Of a stretch of DNA of 64,000 nucleotides, positions 50,061-59,528 are shown piece after piece. The position numbers and the translations under genes were made by a program. Origin of the DNA: Planctomycetota bacterium (GTDB lineage: Bacteria > Planctomycetota > B15-G4); contig CBDFJQ010000002.1 of the NCBI GenBank assembly GCA_965248575.1, positions 864,001-928,000 of the forward strand, written 5' to 3'. Numbering within the stretch: the first letter of the stretch is position 1; the number at the start of each line of letters is the position of its first letter. A model generated the notes under the pieces. The model saw only the letters and a list, made by a program, of their open reading frames with translations, did no database searches and was not told the origin of the DNA.

Positions 50061-50356
50061 GATTGCGCCGAGCTGCTCATGCTTCGTGACTTCACTGGCG
50101 GCATTCCGGGCGAGGCTGTTTCCAAGCGACGGATCTGCTGCTCAGACAACTCGGCAATACCGACGCCTCGAAGACTCGCCTCAGATCCGTCGCTTGGAAG
50201 CAGCCCAGCCCTCGTCGGTGGGGGAGTCGGGCCATGGGACGCGCGGCGCAAGTGCTCGCGCACCAGAGCCGCTGACGCCAAGGACTGGCAGATCGCGGAA
50301 GGGTGAGCATCTTTTTCGTTGGGCAGAAAGCGGGGAGGCGGGGTCCTGCGGGCCAT
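50057..50356 (-). CDS. Possible small hypothetical protein (99 aa)
   Basis: ATG 50356 to TAG 50057 fills an otherwise empty gap and shares a CTAG stop overlap with the convergent gene. Confidence 0.35.
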   Translation of the reverse strand: MARRTPPPRFLPNEKDAHPSAICQSLASAALVREHLRRASHGPTPPPTRAGLLPSDGSEASLRGVGIAELSEQQIRRLETASPGMPPVKSRSMSSSAQS

Positions 50357-50555
50357 GAACCCGGGTCCACGACCCAGGCGTGCCGTCAGCATTCCCCGCC
50401 CCCGGTCAAGTCGCCTGGGTGGGTCCCCGATACGTTTGTTTCTCCTCCTTCTTCTTCTCGCGGCCCGGGCCTTCGGGGGCATTTCCGCCCCGGAGGCCCG
50501 GGTTCTTTCAAGGGGGACCATTCCAAGGCTGGCGCTCGTTTGTTCCAATCGCTCG

Positions 50556-52082
50556 ATGGAAACAGTCACAGCGCCTTCGACACCGCGACCTGGGGCTGAA
50601 AACCCGGGTTCCGGGTCTTCAAACCTCGCCGGCAAGCTGCTCGGCGAAGCCCTCACCTTCGACGACGTGCTTCTGGTTCCCCGTCGATCGGACATTGTTC
50701 CGAGTGGCGTCCACACCGGGTCCCGTCTGACCCCGCGCCTCTCGTTGAATGTCCCGCTGCTCTCCGCGGCCATGGACACCGTCACCGAGTCGAAGCTCGC
50801 CATCTCCCTGGCGCGTTCCGGTGGCCTCGGAGTGATCCACAAGAACCTCGACCCGGCAGGCCAGGTCAGCGAGGTGCGCAAGGTCAAGCGCTCGGCACAC
50901 GGTGTGATCAGAGACCCCGTCACCTTGTCTCCCAGCGAGACCATTGGTCGTGCGCAGGAGCTCATGACCAACCACAACATCTCCGGCCTTCCGATCATCG
51001 GTGAAGGCGATCGCGTGGTGGGCATCCTCACCAACCGCGACCTGCGCTTTCACCGCTCGCCGGAAACACGCATCGAGGATGTCATGACGTCGCGCCTGGT
51101 GACGTCGGGGCCGTCCACGACCCTGGAGTCCGCGAAGGACACCCTGCACCAGAACAAGATCGAGAAGCTGCTGCTGGTCGATGAAGAAGGCCGCCTGAAG
51201 GGCCTGATCACCATGCGCGACATCACCGAGACCGCCAAGTGGCCGGCGGCTTGTCGCGACGACCTGGGTCGCCTGCGCGTAGGCGCCGCCGTCGGCGTGC
51301 GGGAATTTGAACGCATCGAAGCCCTGGTGGATGCCGACGTCGACCTGATCGTGGTGGACACGGCACATGGTCACAGCAAGAACGTGATCGAGACCGTGAG
51401 CTACGTGAAAGAGAAGTTCGACATCGAAGTCGTCGCTGGCAACATTGCTACCGCGGATGCAGCCCGCGACCTGATTGCCGCTGGCGCCGACTCGCTGAAG
51501 GTCGGCATCGGCCCCGGCTCCATCTGCACCACGCGCATCGTTGCAGGTGTGGGCATGCCGCAACTGACAGCCGTCGCCAATGTGGTCGAGGTCGCCCGCC
51601 CTGCGGGGGTTTCCGTGATCGCGGATGGCGGCATCCGTCACAGCGGGGATGTGGTCAAGGCCCTGGCGGCGGGCGCAAACGCCGTCATGATCGGCGCACT
51701 CTTCGCCGGGCTGGACGAAAGCCCTGGAGAGCGCGTGCTCTACAAGGGCCGCTCGTACAAGACGGTGCGCGGCATGGGGTCCTTGGGGGCCATGGTCGAC
51801 GGCAGCCGGGACCGCTACGGACAGGGCGACATCGACACCTCCGACAAGCTCGTCCCAGAGGGTGTCGAAGGCCTGGTGCCCTACAAGGGGCCCTTGGCGC
51901 CGTTCGTATACCAGATGGTGGGCGGCCTCAGGTCCGGGATGGGATACTTGGGCGTGGCCAACATCGCCGATCTGGCTGAGCATGCGCAGTTCGTGCGCGT
52001 CAGCCCGGCGTCGCTGCGCGAGAACCATCCGCACGACATCGAGATCACCAAGGAAGCACCCAACTACCACTCACAGTCCTGA
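50556..52082 (+). CDS. guaB: Inosine-5'-monophosphate dehydrogenase
   Basis: [17 protein letters not shown], a CBS pair, [23 protein letters not shown] and GMGS. Confidence 0.98.
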   Translation: METVTAPSTPRPGAENPGSGSSNLAGKLLGEALTFDDVLLVPRRSDIVPSGVHTGSRLTPRLSLNVPLLSAAMDTVTESKLAISLARSGGLGVIHKNLDPAGQVSEVRKVKRSAHGVIRDPVTLSPSETIGRAQELMTNHNISGLPIIGEGDRVVGILTNRDLRFHRSPETRIEDVMTSRLVTSGPSTTLESAKDTLHQNKIEKLLLVDEEGRLKGLITMRDITETAKWPAACRDDLGRLRVGAAVGVREFERIEALVDADVDLIVVDTAHGHSKNVIETVSYVKEKFDIEVVAGNIATADAARDLIAAGADSLKVGIGPGSICTTRIVAGVGMPQLTAVANVVEVARPAGVSVIADGGIRHSGDVVKALAAGANAVMIGALFAGLDESPGERVLYKGRSYKTVRGMGSLGAMVDGSRDRYGQGDIDTSDKLVPEGVEGLVPYKGPLAPFVYQMVGGLRSGMGYLGVANIADLAEHAQFVRVSPASLRENHPHDIEITKEAPNYHSQS

Positions 52083-52096
52083 GGTCCAGAGCGCGC

Positions 52097-53707
52097 ATGG
52101 AGACGCACGAGCAGAGCTCGATGGGGGCGCAGCACGACGCTGTGGCCATCGTCGACTTCGGCAGCCAGTTCACCCAGATCATCGCGCGGCGAGTGCGCGA
52201 GCACGGCGTCTTCTGCCGGATCTATCCGTGCACGGCGCCGGTTGAGGACATCTTGTCGGTGGCCGCTGTCGGTCCCGGTGGGACCAGCGTGGACGACGGT
52301 ATGCCCACCCGGCTCAAGGGCATCATCCTCTCGGGCGGCCCGCGTTCCGTCTACGCCCCGGACGCCGTCGCGGTGCATCCGGAGCTGCTGACGGCGGGCC
52401 TTCCCGTACTCGGCATCTGCTACGGCCTGCAAGCCACCATGAAGCAGTTGGGTGGCGAGGTGGAGCGGGGCACGACCGGCGGCGAGTACGGTCGCACCGA
52501 CTTCCACACGGATTCCCTGCCCGGCGTCCCTGAGTCGAGCGTGGTCTGGATGAGTCATGTGGACCGGGTGACCCGCCTGCCTGAGGGCTTCCGCAAGCTG
52601 GGCTGGAGCGAGGGGTGTCCCTTCGCGGCAGTCGAGAGCGAAGACGGCAACTTCCTCGGGCTCCAGTTCCACCCGGAGGTGAGCCACACAGAACACGGCT
52701 CCGCGATGCTCTCCCATTTCCTGCACGATCGCTGTGGGGCGGAGCGCAGTTGGGAGATGGGTTCCTTCCTGGAGGAAGCCAGCGCGGCAGTGAAGCGCCA
52801 GGTCGGCGACAAGCACGTCATCTGCGGCCTGTCCGGGGGCGTCGACAGCTCGACGCTAGCGATGCTCCTGCACCGCGCCTTGGGTGACCAGCTCACCTGC
52901 ATCTTCGTGGACAACGGACTGCTCCGAAAGGGCGAGTCAGCCCAGGTCCAGGAGACCTTTGGTGGTTCCTTCGGCATCCGCCTGAAGCACGTGGATGCGA
53001 GCGATGAGTTCCTCTCGGCGCTCGCCGGCGTGGATGACCCGGAGGAGAAGCGGCGCCGGATCGGCAAGGTGTTCATCGACGTCTTCTCGGATCAGGCGCG
53101 CTCGGCTGACGATGCCGCCTTTCTCGCCCAGGGTACCCTCTACCCAGATGTGATCGAGTCCGTCGCGGCCCACGGGGGGCCAACATCCACCATCAAGACC
53201 CATCACAATGTGGGTGGCCTTCCCGACGACCTGAAGTTCGAGTTGGTCGAGCCGTTCCGGGAACTCTTCAAGGACGAGGTGCGGGAACTCGGCCGTCGCC
53301 TGGGCCTCGCAGAGGACATCGTAGGGCGCCACCCCTTCCCGGGACCGGGGCTGGCCGTGCGCATCCCTGGCGAGGTCACCCGCGAGAAGCTCAGCGTGCT
53401 GCGCGAGGCGGACGCCATCTTCCGCGATGAGCTGACCGATTCCGGCTGGATGGCCCGCACCTCCCAAGCCTTCTGCGTGTTGTTGCCCGTCCGCACTGTC
53501 GGCGTCATGGGCGACGAGCGCACCTACGAGAACGTGCTCGCCCTGCGTTGCGTCGACACGACGGACTTCATGACGGCTGATTGGAGTCGCCTGCCCTCGG
53601 ACCTTCTGGCTCGCGTGAGCAACCGCATCATCAACGAAGTCACGGGCATCAACCGGGTGGTCTACGACATCTCGAGCAAGCCCCCGGCGACCATCGAGTG
53701 GGAGTGA
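52097..53707 (+). CDS. guaA: GMP synthase (glutamine-hydrolysing)
   Basis: DFGSQF, GICYG, QFHPEV, SGGVDS, QGTLYPDVIES, RHPFPGPGL and KPPATIEWE. Confidence 0.98.
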   Translation: METHEQSSMGAQHDAVAIVDFGSQFTQIIARRVREHGVFCRIYPCTAPVEDILSVAAVGPGGTSVDDGMPTRLKGIILSGGPRSVYAPDAVAVHPELLTAGLPVLGICYGLQATMKQLGGEVERGTTGGEYGRTDFHTDSLPGVPESSVVWMSHVDRVTRLPEGFRKLGWSEGCPFAAVESEDGNFLGLQFHPEVSHTEHGSAMLSHFLHDRCGAERSWEMGSFLEEASAAVKRQVGDKHVICGLSGGVDSSTLAMLLHRALGDQLTCIFVDNGLLRKGESAQVQETFGGSFGIRLKHVDASDEFLSALAGVDDPEEKRRRIGKVFIDVFSDQARSADDAAFLAQGTLYPDVIESVAAHGGPTSTIKTHHNVGGLPDDLKFELVEPFRELFKDEVRELGRRLGLAEDIVGRHPFPGPGLAVRIPGEVTREKLSVLREADAIFRDELTDSGWMARTSQAFCVLLPVRTVGVMGDERTYENVLALRCVDTTDFMTADWSRLPSDLLARVSNRIINEVTGINRVVYDISSKPPATIEWE

Positions 53708-53787
53708 GGTTGTTCGCATGGGGCGCATCGGGCGCGTCCCAAGCCCGTCCCGCAGGCGGCTCTAGAGCTGCCCCCGGGAGTTGCCCC

Positions 53788-54828
53788 CTAGAGTTCAAAG
53801 ATGTCGCCGTCGCTGGCGATGTGGAAGCCTGCTTCGCGGACACTCCTGGAAGCAGCGCTTGAACCCTTCGCAGCAGGGTTGCTGTGGTTCAGGTGCGTGA
53901 AGAAGATCTTCGAGCGGAGCCCTGCGCGAGCTGCAGCTCCGAAACGCGCCATGCTCTCGGTGATGAAGGGGTGCGGAATGTCCTCCATGTTTCGGCCGGG
54001 GAGTTCGTCGGCCGTCGCAAACGTTCCGTCGAGCAGGGCGATGTCCACCTGGCTCAGCAGCGACTCCACGGGTCGATCCCAACGCTCCCACTTGTCGATG
54101 TCCGGAAGGAACAGCAACGCTGCCCGCGGGCCCTGCAGCAGGTAACCCACCGTGTCGCTCAGTTCGTCGCGGTGGGGGACCCGGAAAGAGGTGATGCTGA
54201 GGGTCTCGGAGGCCGTTCCGCCCGGACCGAACAGCGGCTGAGCGAGCCCGGGCTGCAGCAGCCTCGCTTCGAGATGCCCCGCCCGCTGCAGCAGTGCCCA
54301 GGGTTCGTTGTCTGCCAGGAAGCCCAGCAGGGACTCGGTCCCGAAGACGGGCGTGGCTTGGGCGGCGTAAGCTTCGCGACCGAGCTGAAGCAAGCCGGCC
54401 ACGTGCCCCATGTGCGCATGGGTCAGGTAGATGCCGTCGAAAAGTGGCGGGCGGCTGCCTGGCAGCTCGCGCTGCGGCGGGTGCCCTCGTGCCAGCTCGA
54501 CTTGCTCCCGCAGATCCGGGCTGGCATCGAGCAACCAGCGCCCACCCGAGGCCGGGTCCACGATGAGCAACGAGCTCCCGAGACGCCGGAGCTCGGGCTG
54601 AGACCGGGCGTCCTCGCAGCAAGCTCGGGTGCAACCGATCTGAGGCAGGCCAGCATCCTGCGCGGTACCCAACACGAGCGCGTACGGCCCGCTCACAGGA
54701 GGCTCTGCGAGCGCAGGCCTTGACGTGATCGGGGCGGAGCAGGCGCAGAGACACCCAAGCCACAGGAGGCTGAGCAGGGTGAGCCCTCCTCGGACCATCC
54801 CGCACAGATGAGGCATCGGACGCACCAT
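53788..54828 (-). CDS. PqqB-like metallo-beta-lactamase-fold lipoprotein
   Basis: LGTAQDAGLPQIGC...C, DASPD, THAHMGH, LDGTF, PHP and THLNHSNP; LCAC lipobox. Confidence 0.8.
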   Translation of the reverse strand: MVRPMPHLCGMVRGGLTLLSLLWLGCLCACSAPITSRPALAEPPVSGPYALVLGTAQDAGLPQIGCTRACCEDARSQPELRRLGSSLLIVDPASGGRWLLDASPDLREQVELARGHPPQRELPGSRPPLFDGIYLTHAHMGHVAGLLQLGREAYAAQATPVFGTESLLGFLADNEPWALLQRAGHLEARLLQPGLAQPLFGPGGTASETLSITSFRVPHRDELSDTVGYLLQGPRAALLFLPDIDKWERWDRPVESLLSQVDIALLDGTFATADELPGRNMEDIPHPFITESMARFGAAARAGLRSKIFFTHLNHSNPAAKGSSAASRSVREAGFHIASDGDIFEL

Positions 54829-55061
54829 GGACTGCTCCCTCACCGGGCCTACCGTGACTCGTTCATCTGGCCAAACCCCTGGGGACCCTCCGAAAGCCGA
54901 AAGCCCGAGCGGACCCTCGCTACGATGGAGCCTCGGCGCTGAGCTGACAAGCCCACGGCGTCAGGGAGGGGTGCCGTGGGGTAATCTCGCAGCTCGCCAG
55001 AAGGGGGCCCTTTCACGTCATCCCCCCTGTCCTTTCGTCGTCGTTCCAGCTCTCGCACCCC

Positions 55062-56183
55062 ATGAAGCCCATGACGTCCGCCCCTGCCCCCGCTCGACGC
55101 GCCAAGCGCTCACGCCTAGCGCTGGCCATGCTGCTGATGTTGGGGCTGGCCGTAGCCATGGAGCTGGGCGTCCGCACCTATGACGTTGCCCAAGGCAAAG
55201 GCTTTGGCGGGCACAGGAGCCCCCTCGGTCGCGAGCGCAAGCCGGTGCGCCCCTTTCGCCAATTTGGCGAGGACCTCTACGTCACCCGGGATGGGCAACG
55301 CTTCGTGTCGTCCGTACACGGCGAGCTCTACCCCTTGAGCAAGGCGAGCGGGACCTACCGCATCGTCGTCTTCGGCGGCTCCACGACCCACAACGTGGAG
55401 GCTTGGCGCGAGCAGGGGATCCACTACCCCCTGGAGCTGCAGCGCCAGCTCAGGGAGAGCTCGGGGCGGGACGAGATCGAGGTCATCAACGTCGGCTTCA
55501 GCGCCTACTCCACAGCCCACTCCCTCAGCGTGCTTGCGCTCAACGTCCTGTCCTGGGACCCGGACCTGGTGATCCTGAGCCACAACACAAACGACCTGCA
55601 CGTGTCCTACTTCCCTGAATTCGAGCCTGACTACGCGAACAAGTACGGACACCCTAGCTACATGGGGCCGGACTACCGGAAGGAGTACTCGATCCCCAAC
55701 GTGCTCTTCCAATGGAGCGAGGCGTATTGGTTCCTGGGGGAGATGCTCGGCCCACCCAGCGCCGATCGCAGCTTGAAACGCGCCGACTACCCGGAGCAGC
55801 CGGAGCGCTTCATCGCCCAGGCCTTCGCACGAAACCTAGCCTCCTTCGCGAGCCTTGCCATGGCCAACGACATCGACGTGGTCTTCGGTAGCCAGGCCCG
55901 ACACACGGACCCGGAGCGCTTCGACCGGCACATGGGCGGGAAGCTCTACAACGATATCGTGCGCTACCCCGAACATTCCGTGGCTGCGCTACGACACGCG
56001 GCCTTCAACCAATTGATGGGGGAGGTGGCCGCCAACATGGGCGCAGGCTTCGTGGACAACTCCGGGATGGACGGGGTCGACGAGTACTTCACCGACCATG
56101 TGCACTACACCCCCGCGGGCATCCGCGTCCTGGCGGCGAACTACGTACAGGCTCTGCGCGATCGCGTCCCAGAACTCCGCTGA
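55062..56183 (+). CDS. SGNH/GDSL hydrolase-family protein, membrane anchored
   Basis: FGGSTT, NVG..AY, HNTND and FTDHVH blocks. Confidence 0.85.
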   Translation: MKPMTSAPAPARRAKRSRLALAMLLMLGLAVAMELGVRTYDVAQGKGFGGHRSPLGRERKPVRPFRQFGEDLYVTRDGQRFVSSVHGELYPLSKASGTYRIVVFGGSTTHNVEAWREQGIHYPLELQRQLRESSGRDEIEVINVGFSAYSTAHSLSVLALNVLSWDPDLVILSHNTNDLHVSYFPEFEPDYANKYGHPSYMGPDYRKEYSIPNVLFQWSEAYWFLGEMLGPPSADRSLKRADYPEQPERFIAQAFARNLASFASLAMANDIDVVFGSQARHTDPERFDRHMGGKLYNDIVRYPEHSVAALRHAAFNQLMGEVAANMGAGFVDNSGMDGVDEYFTDHVHYTPAGIRVLAANYVQALRDRVPELR

Positions 56184-56196
56184 GGAACGCTGACCT

Positions 56197-57183
56197 GTGA
56201 GCAAGTCGGTGCCAAGGGATCCAGCGACAGGGCTCCCGGCGCGCTTCGTGGCTCGTCTTGAGCGCATCGTGCCGGAGGACGCACTGCAGTGCGTTCTGGA
56301 TGGTCTCTGCCAGGACCGGGGGGTGAGCTTCCGCGTGAACACGCTACGTGCGGAAGCGGCTGCGGTGTTCGCTGCGCTCGAAGCGGAGGGCATCCAGTTC
56401 ACGCGGGTGGCATGGTTCGCGGAGGCTGGACTGTTGACCACCGGGAGCGTGCGCGACCTTCAGCAGAGTGGTCCGCATCAACGGGGGGAGCTCTTCATCC
56501 AGGGGCTCGCCAGCATGACGGCGCCCTTGGCACTCGAGCCCAAACCAGGGGAGGCGATCCTCGATCTGTGCGCTGCGCCGGGCGGCAAGACGACCCTGCT
56601 GGCATGCCTCATGAACGGGAGCGCGACCGACAGTGAGTTGCGCTTGCACGCGAACGACGGAAGCCGCTCGCGTGTGTACAAACTGCGCGCGGTGCTTGAG
56701 CAGCAAGGTGTGCAGGGGGCCGTCACGACCGCTCGCCAGGGCCAGGGTTTCGGGCGTAGCCACGCAGGTGTCTTCGATGCCGTGTTGCTGGATGCGCCCT
56801 GCAGCGCAGAAGCGCGCCAGCACCCCGACTCCGAGGAGCACTGGACGGCGCGTCGCATCCCACGACTGGCTGGCCTGCAGACCCGGCTGCTGGAATCTGC
56901 CGTCGCCGCCACCCGTCCAGGCGGGCGGATCCTCTACGCCACCTGCACCTTTGCGCCGGAAGAGAACGAAGCGGTGGTGAATCGGGTGCTGCTGCGGCAC
57001 GCAGGTTGCCTTGCCTTGGAGGAGCTGCCCTTGCCGTTGCCGCCCGCCTTGCCTGGCCTGACCCAGTGGGGGCGCAAGAGCTTCCATGCGGATCTGGCGT
57101 TGAGCCGCCGGCTGCTCCCCGGCCCTGGCGTGGAGGGTTTCTACCTCGCCTTGCTGCGGAAGCATGAGGCAGCCGCCTCCTGA
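56197..57183 (+). CDS. RsmB/RsmF/NOP2-family RNA m5C methyltransferase
   Basis: RVNTL, LDLCAAPGGKT, LLDAPCS and YATCTFAPEENE. Confidence 0.93.
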   Translation: MSKSVPRDPATGLPARFVARLERIVPEDALQCVLDGLCQDRGVSFRVNTLRAEAAAVFAALEAEGIQFTRVAWFAEAGLLTTGSVRDLQQSGPHQRGELFIQGLASMTAPLALEPKPGEAILDLCAAPGGKTTLLACLMNGSATDSELRLHANDGSRSRVYKLRAVLEQQGVQGAVTTARQGQGFGRSHAGVFDAVLLDAPCSAEARQHPDSEEHWTARRIPRLAGLQTRLLESAVAATRPGGRILYATCTFAPEENEAVVNRVLLRHAGCLALEELPLPLPPALPGLTQWGRKSFHADLALSRRLLPGPGVEGFYLALLRKHEAAAS

Positions 57184-57242
57184 GCTCCGCCGCGGCAAAG
57201 AAGAGCCTGCCACTGAGCTGAGGGGGCTGGTACGGTCCCGCG

Positions 57243-59435
57243 ATGTCCTCACCGGCTGCCCGCTTCCTTGCCTGCCTGCTCGGGCCGCTCTTGGCTGCAG
57301 TGCTCTACGCACCCAATTGGGAGGGCACCTTCCTGGAGGACGATCTCTTCCTCCCCAACCTGATTGGTGCGGAGGCTGAAGGCGGCGGTCTGGACTGGGG
57401 CAAGGTCCTGTCGGAATTCGGCAGACCCTGGGGTGCCGACCGCGGCATGTTCTACCGGCCCATCGTCACGCTGAGCGCGGCCGTGGACTATGCGCTGTCC
57501 AGCGCGCCAGCACGCATGCTGCACGTGACCAATGTCCTGATCCACGTCTTGGCTGCCTTCTTCTGCGGCCTGCTCTGCATGCGCGTGTGCCCGAAGCGCG
57601 CCGTCCTCGCGGGGCTGTTGGGGGGGATGCTGTTCGCCCTGCACCCCGCCGCCACGGAACCGGTGTGTTGGATCGCGGGACGCACCTCCAGCTTGGCCCT
57701 CGTCTTCCAGTTGGCCGCGCTCGTGGCCTTCGCTCGCTATCGACGCGAGCGGAGCCACATCAGTCTCTGGCTTTGCGGCCTCGCCTGCGCTCTCGCCTAC
57801 CTCTCCAAAGAGGAGGCGATCGTCACGCCGGCCGTCCTGTTGCTCTGGGACGGCATCTTGTGCGTGGTTCACGGAGGGCGCCTGCGGTGGAAGGCGCACA
57901 TCGCCCTGGCTCCTGTCTGGCTGGCCTACTGGGCGGCCCGCTGGTTCGCCTTGGGGGAGCATTGGGCCGGTGGCGAGCAACCCGCCTTGAGCGTGCCCCT
58001 GGCAGCCCAGCACCTGATCGAGAAGCTGGCCGTGGTCCTGGCGCCGTTCATGCAGCAACGCTGGCCCGGGCAGGAAGCCTTGTTGGCCGCCTGCGCGCTG
58101 GCCGTCCTGCTGGCTTGCCTCACTCACCGGGTGAGTCGCTGGGTGCTCGCCCTGTGTGCTCTCTGGGGCGCCGTCTCCGTAGCCCCCAGCCTGCCCTACC
58201 CGCAATCCCTCGACCTCGCCGGCAGCCGCTACGTCTACGCTGCCGTCGCCGCTCTCAGCCTGGCCGCCGTCGTCGCACTGGATTCGCGCTTCGCGTGGAT
58301 CCGTCGCGGACTTCCGGTGGTGCTCGTCGTGTGGTGCATGCTCTTTGCGAGCGTGACGGCGCAGCGCACGCAGGATTACGTCTTGGCCTACGAGAACGTG
58401 CATCGGCTGGAAGCCAGCTTGGCGAAGGCGACCCAGGACAGCACGGCGGAGCGCCCCTTGGCCGTGATGGCCACGCCACCCGGGGTGCGGGGGGTGCCGT
58501 CGATCCGTGCCAGTTCCTTGTTTGCCTTGGGCGAACGCCCCTTCGTCGCCGAGGACGTCCCGGTGCTGTCCCTATGGTTTCTCTTCTACAGAACGCCGCG
58601 CTCCATGAACTTGTGGAAGGCGGCAGGCCCGCTCCGAGCCATGCAGCGCATGGGAGCCGACGTGGTGGGTTGGTCGAACACCCTCGGTGAGTTCGAACCG
58701 CTCACACGCTCACGCCCGCCTTTCCAAGCCCGGGAGCTTTCGAGCCTGGACGGAAGACGTTTCGATTTCGGGGGAGATTCCGTCTCGCCAGCTCGTATCG
58801 AATCCCTGCGTGTGGAGGTGAGCAAACCCGGTACAGGCGCAGGTGCGGGCAAGCTCGCATCCCACAGCGGAAAGCTCTGGTGGTTCGTACGCCCTGCTGG
58901 CAGTGACACCGACGTCTTGAGCAAGCCCCGGGTGTTCCGTGGGCCGTGGGCGGACGGCGATCAGAAAGTGTTCTCCATCGATCTCTTTGACGACTGGGAG
59001 TTCCTGTCCGCTTCGTACACGGGAGGCATCCACGGTTTCATCGTGGAGCTGGATGGGCAGGCTGATTCGGTCGTACGCGTGAGCACTGCGCCACGCTTGG
59101 AGACGCTCCCCCTGCCAACGGTCTTCGCCGATCGCAACCTGACCATTCGCGAGGAAGCCACCGTCTTGCGAGCCCCGGAACTGCCGCGGGACGGTCTCAG
59201 CATGCAGTTGGTGCTGCTGGGCCCCGACCGGGGTTATGCCACCACGGTGCAGCCGGGCCAGCCGATCCACTTCCCCGATGAGATCGTGCATCCGGCAGAA
59301 CGCCTGGCACAGTTCTCGCGCATCAGCCGCTACTACTACTACTTCGTGGCGCGCAGCCCTGCCGGGCGCAGCCTTCCCGGGGCGCGCTCCGAGATGGATT
59401 GGCTCCGCTTGAAGAAAGCAAAAGCGAGCCCCTAG
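57243..59435 (+). CDS. GT-C fold (TMTC-like) membrane glycosyltransferase with C-terminal soluble domain
   Basis: FLEDD, FYRP, H.TNVLIH, LFALHP..TEPV.WIAGR, SKE and RYVY; about 11 TMs. Confidence 0.7.
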   Translation: MSSPAARFLACLLGPLLAAVLYAPNWEGTFLEDDLFLPNLIGAEAEGGGLDWGKVLSEFGRPWGADRGMFYRPIVTLSAAVDYALSSAPARMLHVTNVLIHVLAAFFCGLLCMRVCPKRAVLAGLLGGMLFALHPAATEPVCWIAGRTSSLALVFQLAALVAFARYRRERSHISLWLCGLACALAYLSKEEAIVTPAVLLLWDGILCVVHGGRLRWKAHIALAPVWLAYWAARWFALGEHWAGGEQPALSVPLAAQHLIEKLAVVLAPFMQQRWPGQEALLAACALAVLLACLTHRVSRWVLALCALWGAVSVAPSLPYPQSLDLAGSRYVYAAVAALSLAAVVALDSRFAWIRRGLPVVLVVWCMLFASVTAQRTQDYVLAYENVHRLEASLAKATQDSTAERPLAVMATPPGVRGVPSIRASSLFALGERPFVAEDVPVLSLWFLFYRTPRSMNLWKAAGPLRAMQRMGADVVGWSNTLGEFEPLTRSRPPFQARELSSLDGRRFDFGGDSVSPARIESLRVEVSKPGTGAGAGKLASHSGKLWWFVRPAGSDTDVLSKPRVFRGPWADGDQKVFSIDLFDDWEFLSASYTGGIHGFIVELDGQADSVVRVSTAPRLETLPLPTVFADRNLTIREEATVLRAPELPRDGLSMQLVLLGPDRGYATTVQPGQPIHFPDEIVHPAERLAQFSRISRYYYYFVARSPAGRSLPGARSEMDWLRLKKAKASP

Positions 59436-59458
59436 AGCCTCTAGAACCTCTAGAGCCC
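59432..59458 (+). repeat. 9-bp tandem repeat CTAGARCCY x3
   Basis: CTAGAGCCT-CTAGAACCT-CTAGAGCCC starting at the stop of the upstream gene. Confidence 0.8.
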
Positions 59459-59490
59459 CCAGCTCCCCCCGGGGGTCGCCTGGCAAGGGC

Positions 59491-59528
59491 TTGACGTTTG
59501 GTAAATGTTAGGTATGTGTTAGGGCTCA
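59491..59528 (+). promoter_or_regulatory. imuA promoter overlapped by three 11-bp direct repeats (candidate operator)
   Basis: AT-rich patch with TTGACG -35, then GTTTGGTAAAT-GTTAGGTATGT-GTTAGGGCTCA ending at the ATG. Confidence 0.6.

Noticed and set aside
54829..55061. Hairpin CCCACGGC/GCCGTGGG in a divergent intergenic region as a riboswitch
   Set aside because: It is a single GC-rich stem with no recognisable aptamer consensus.
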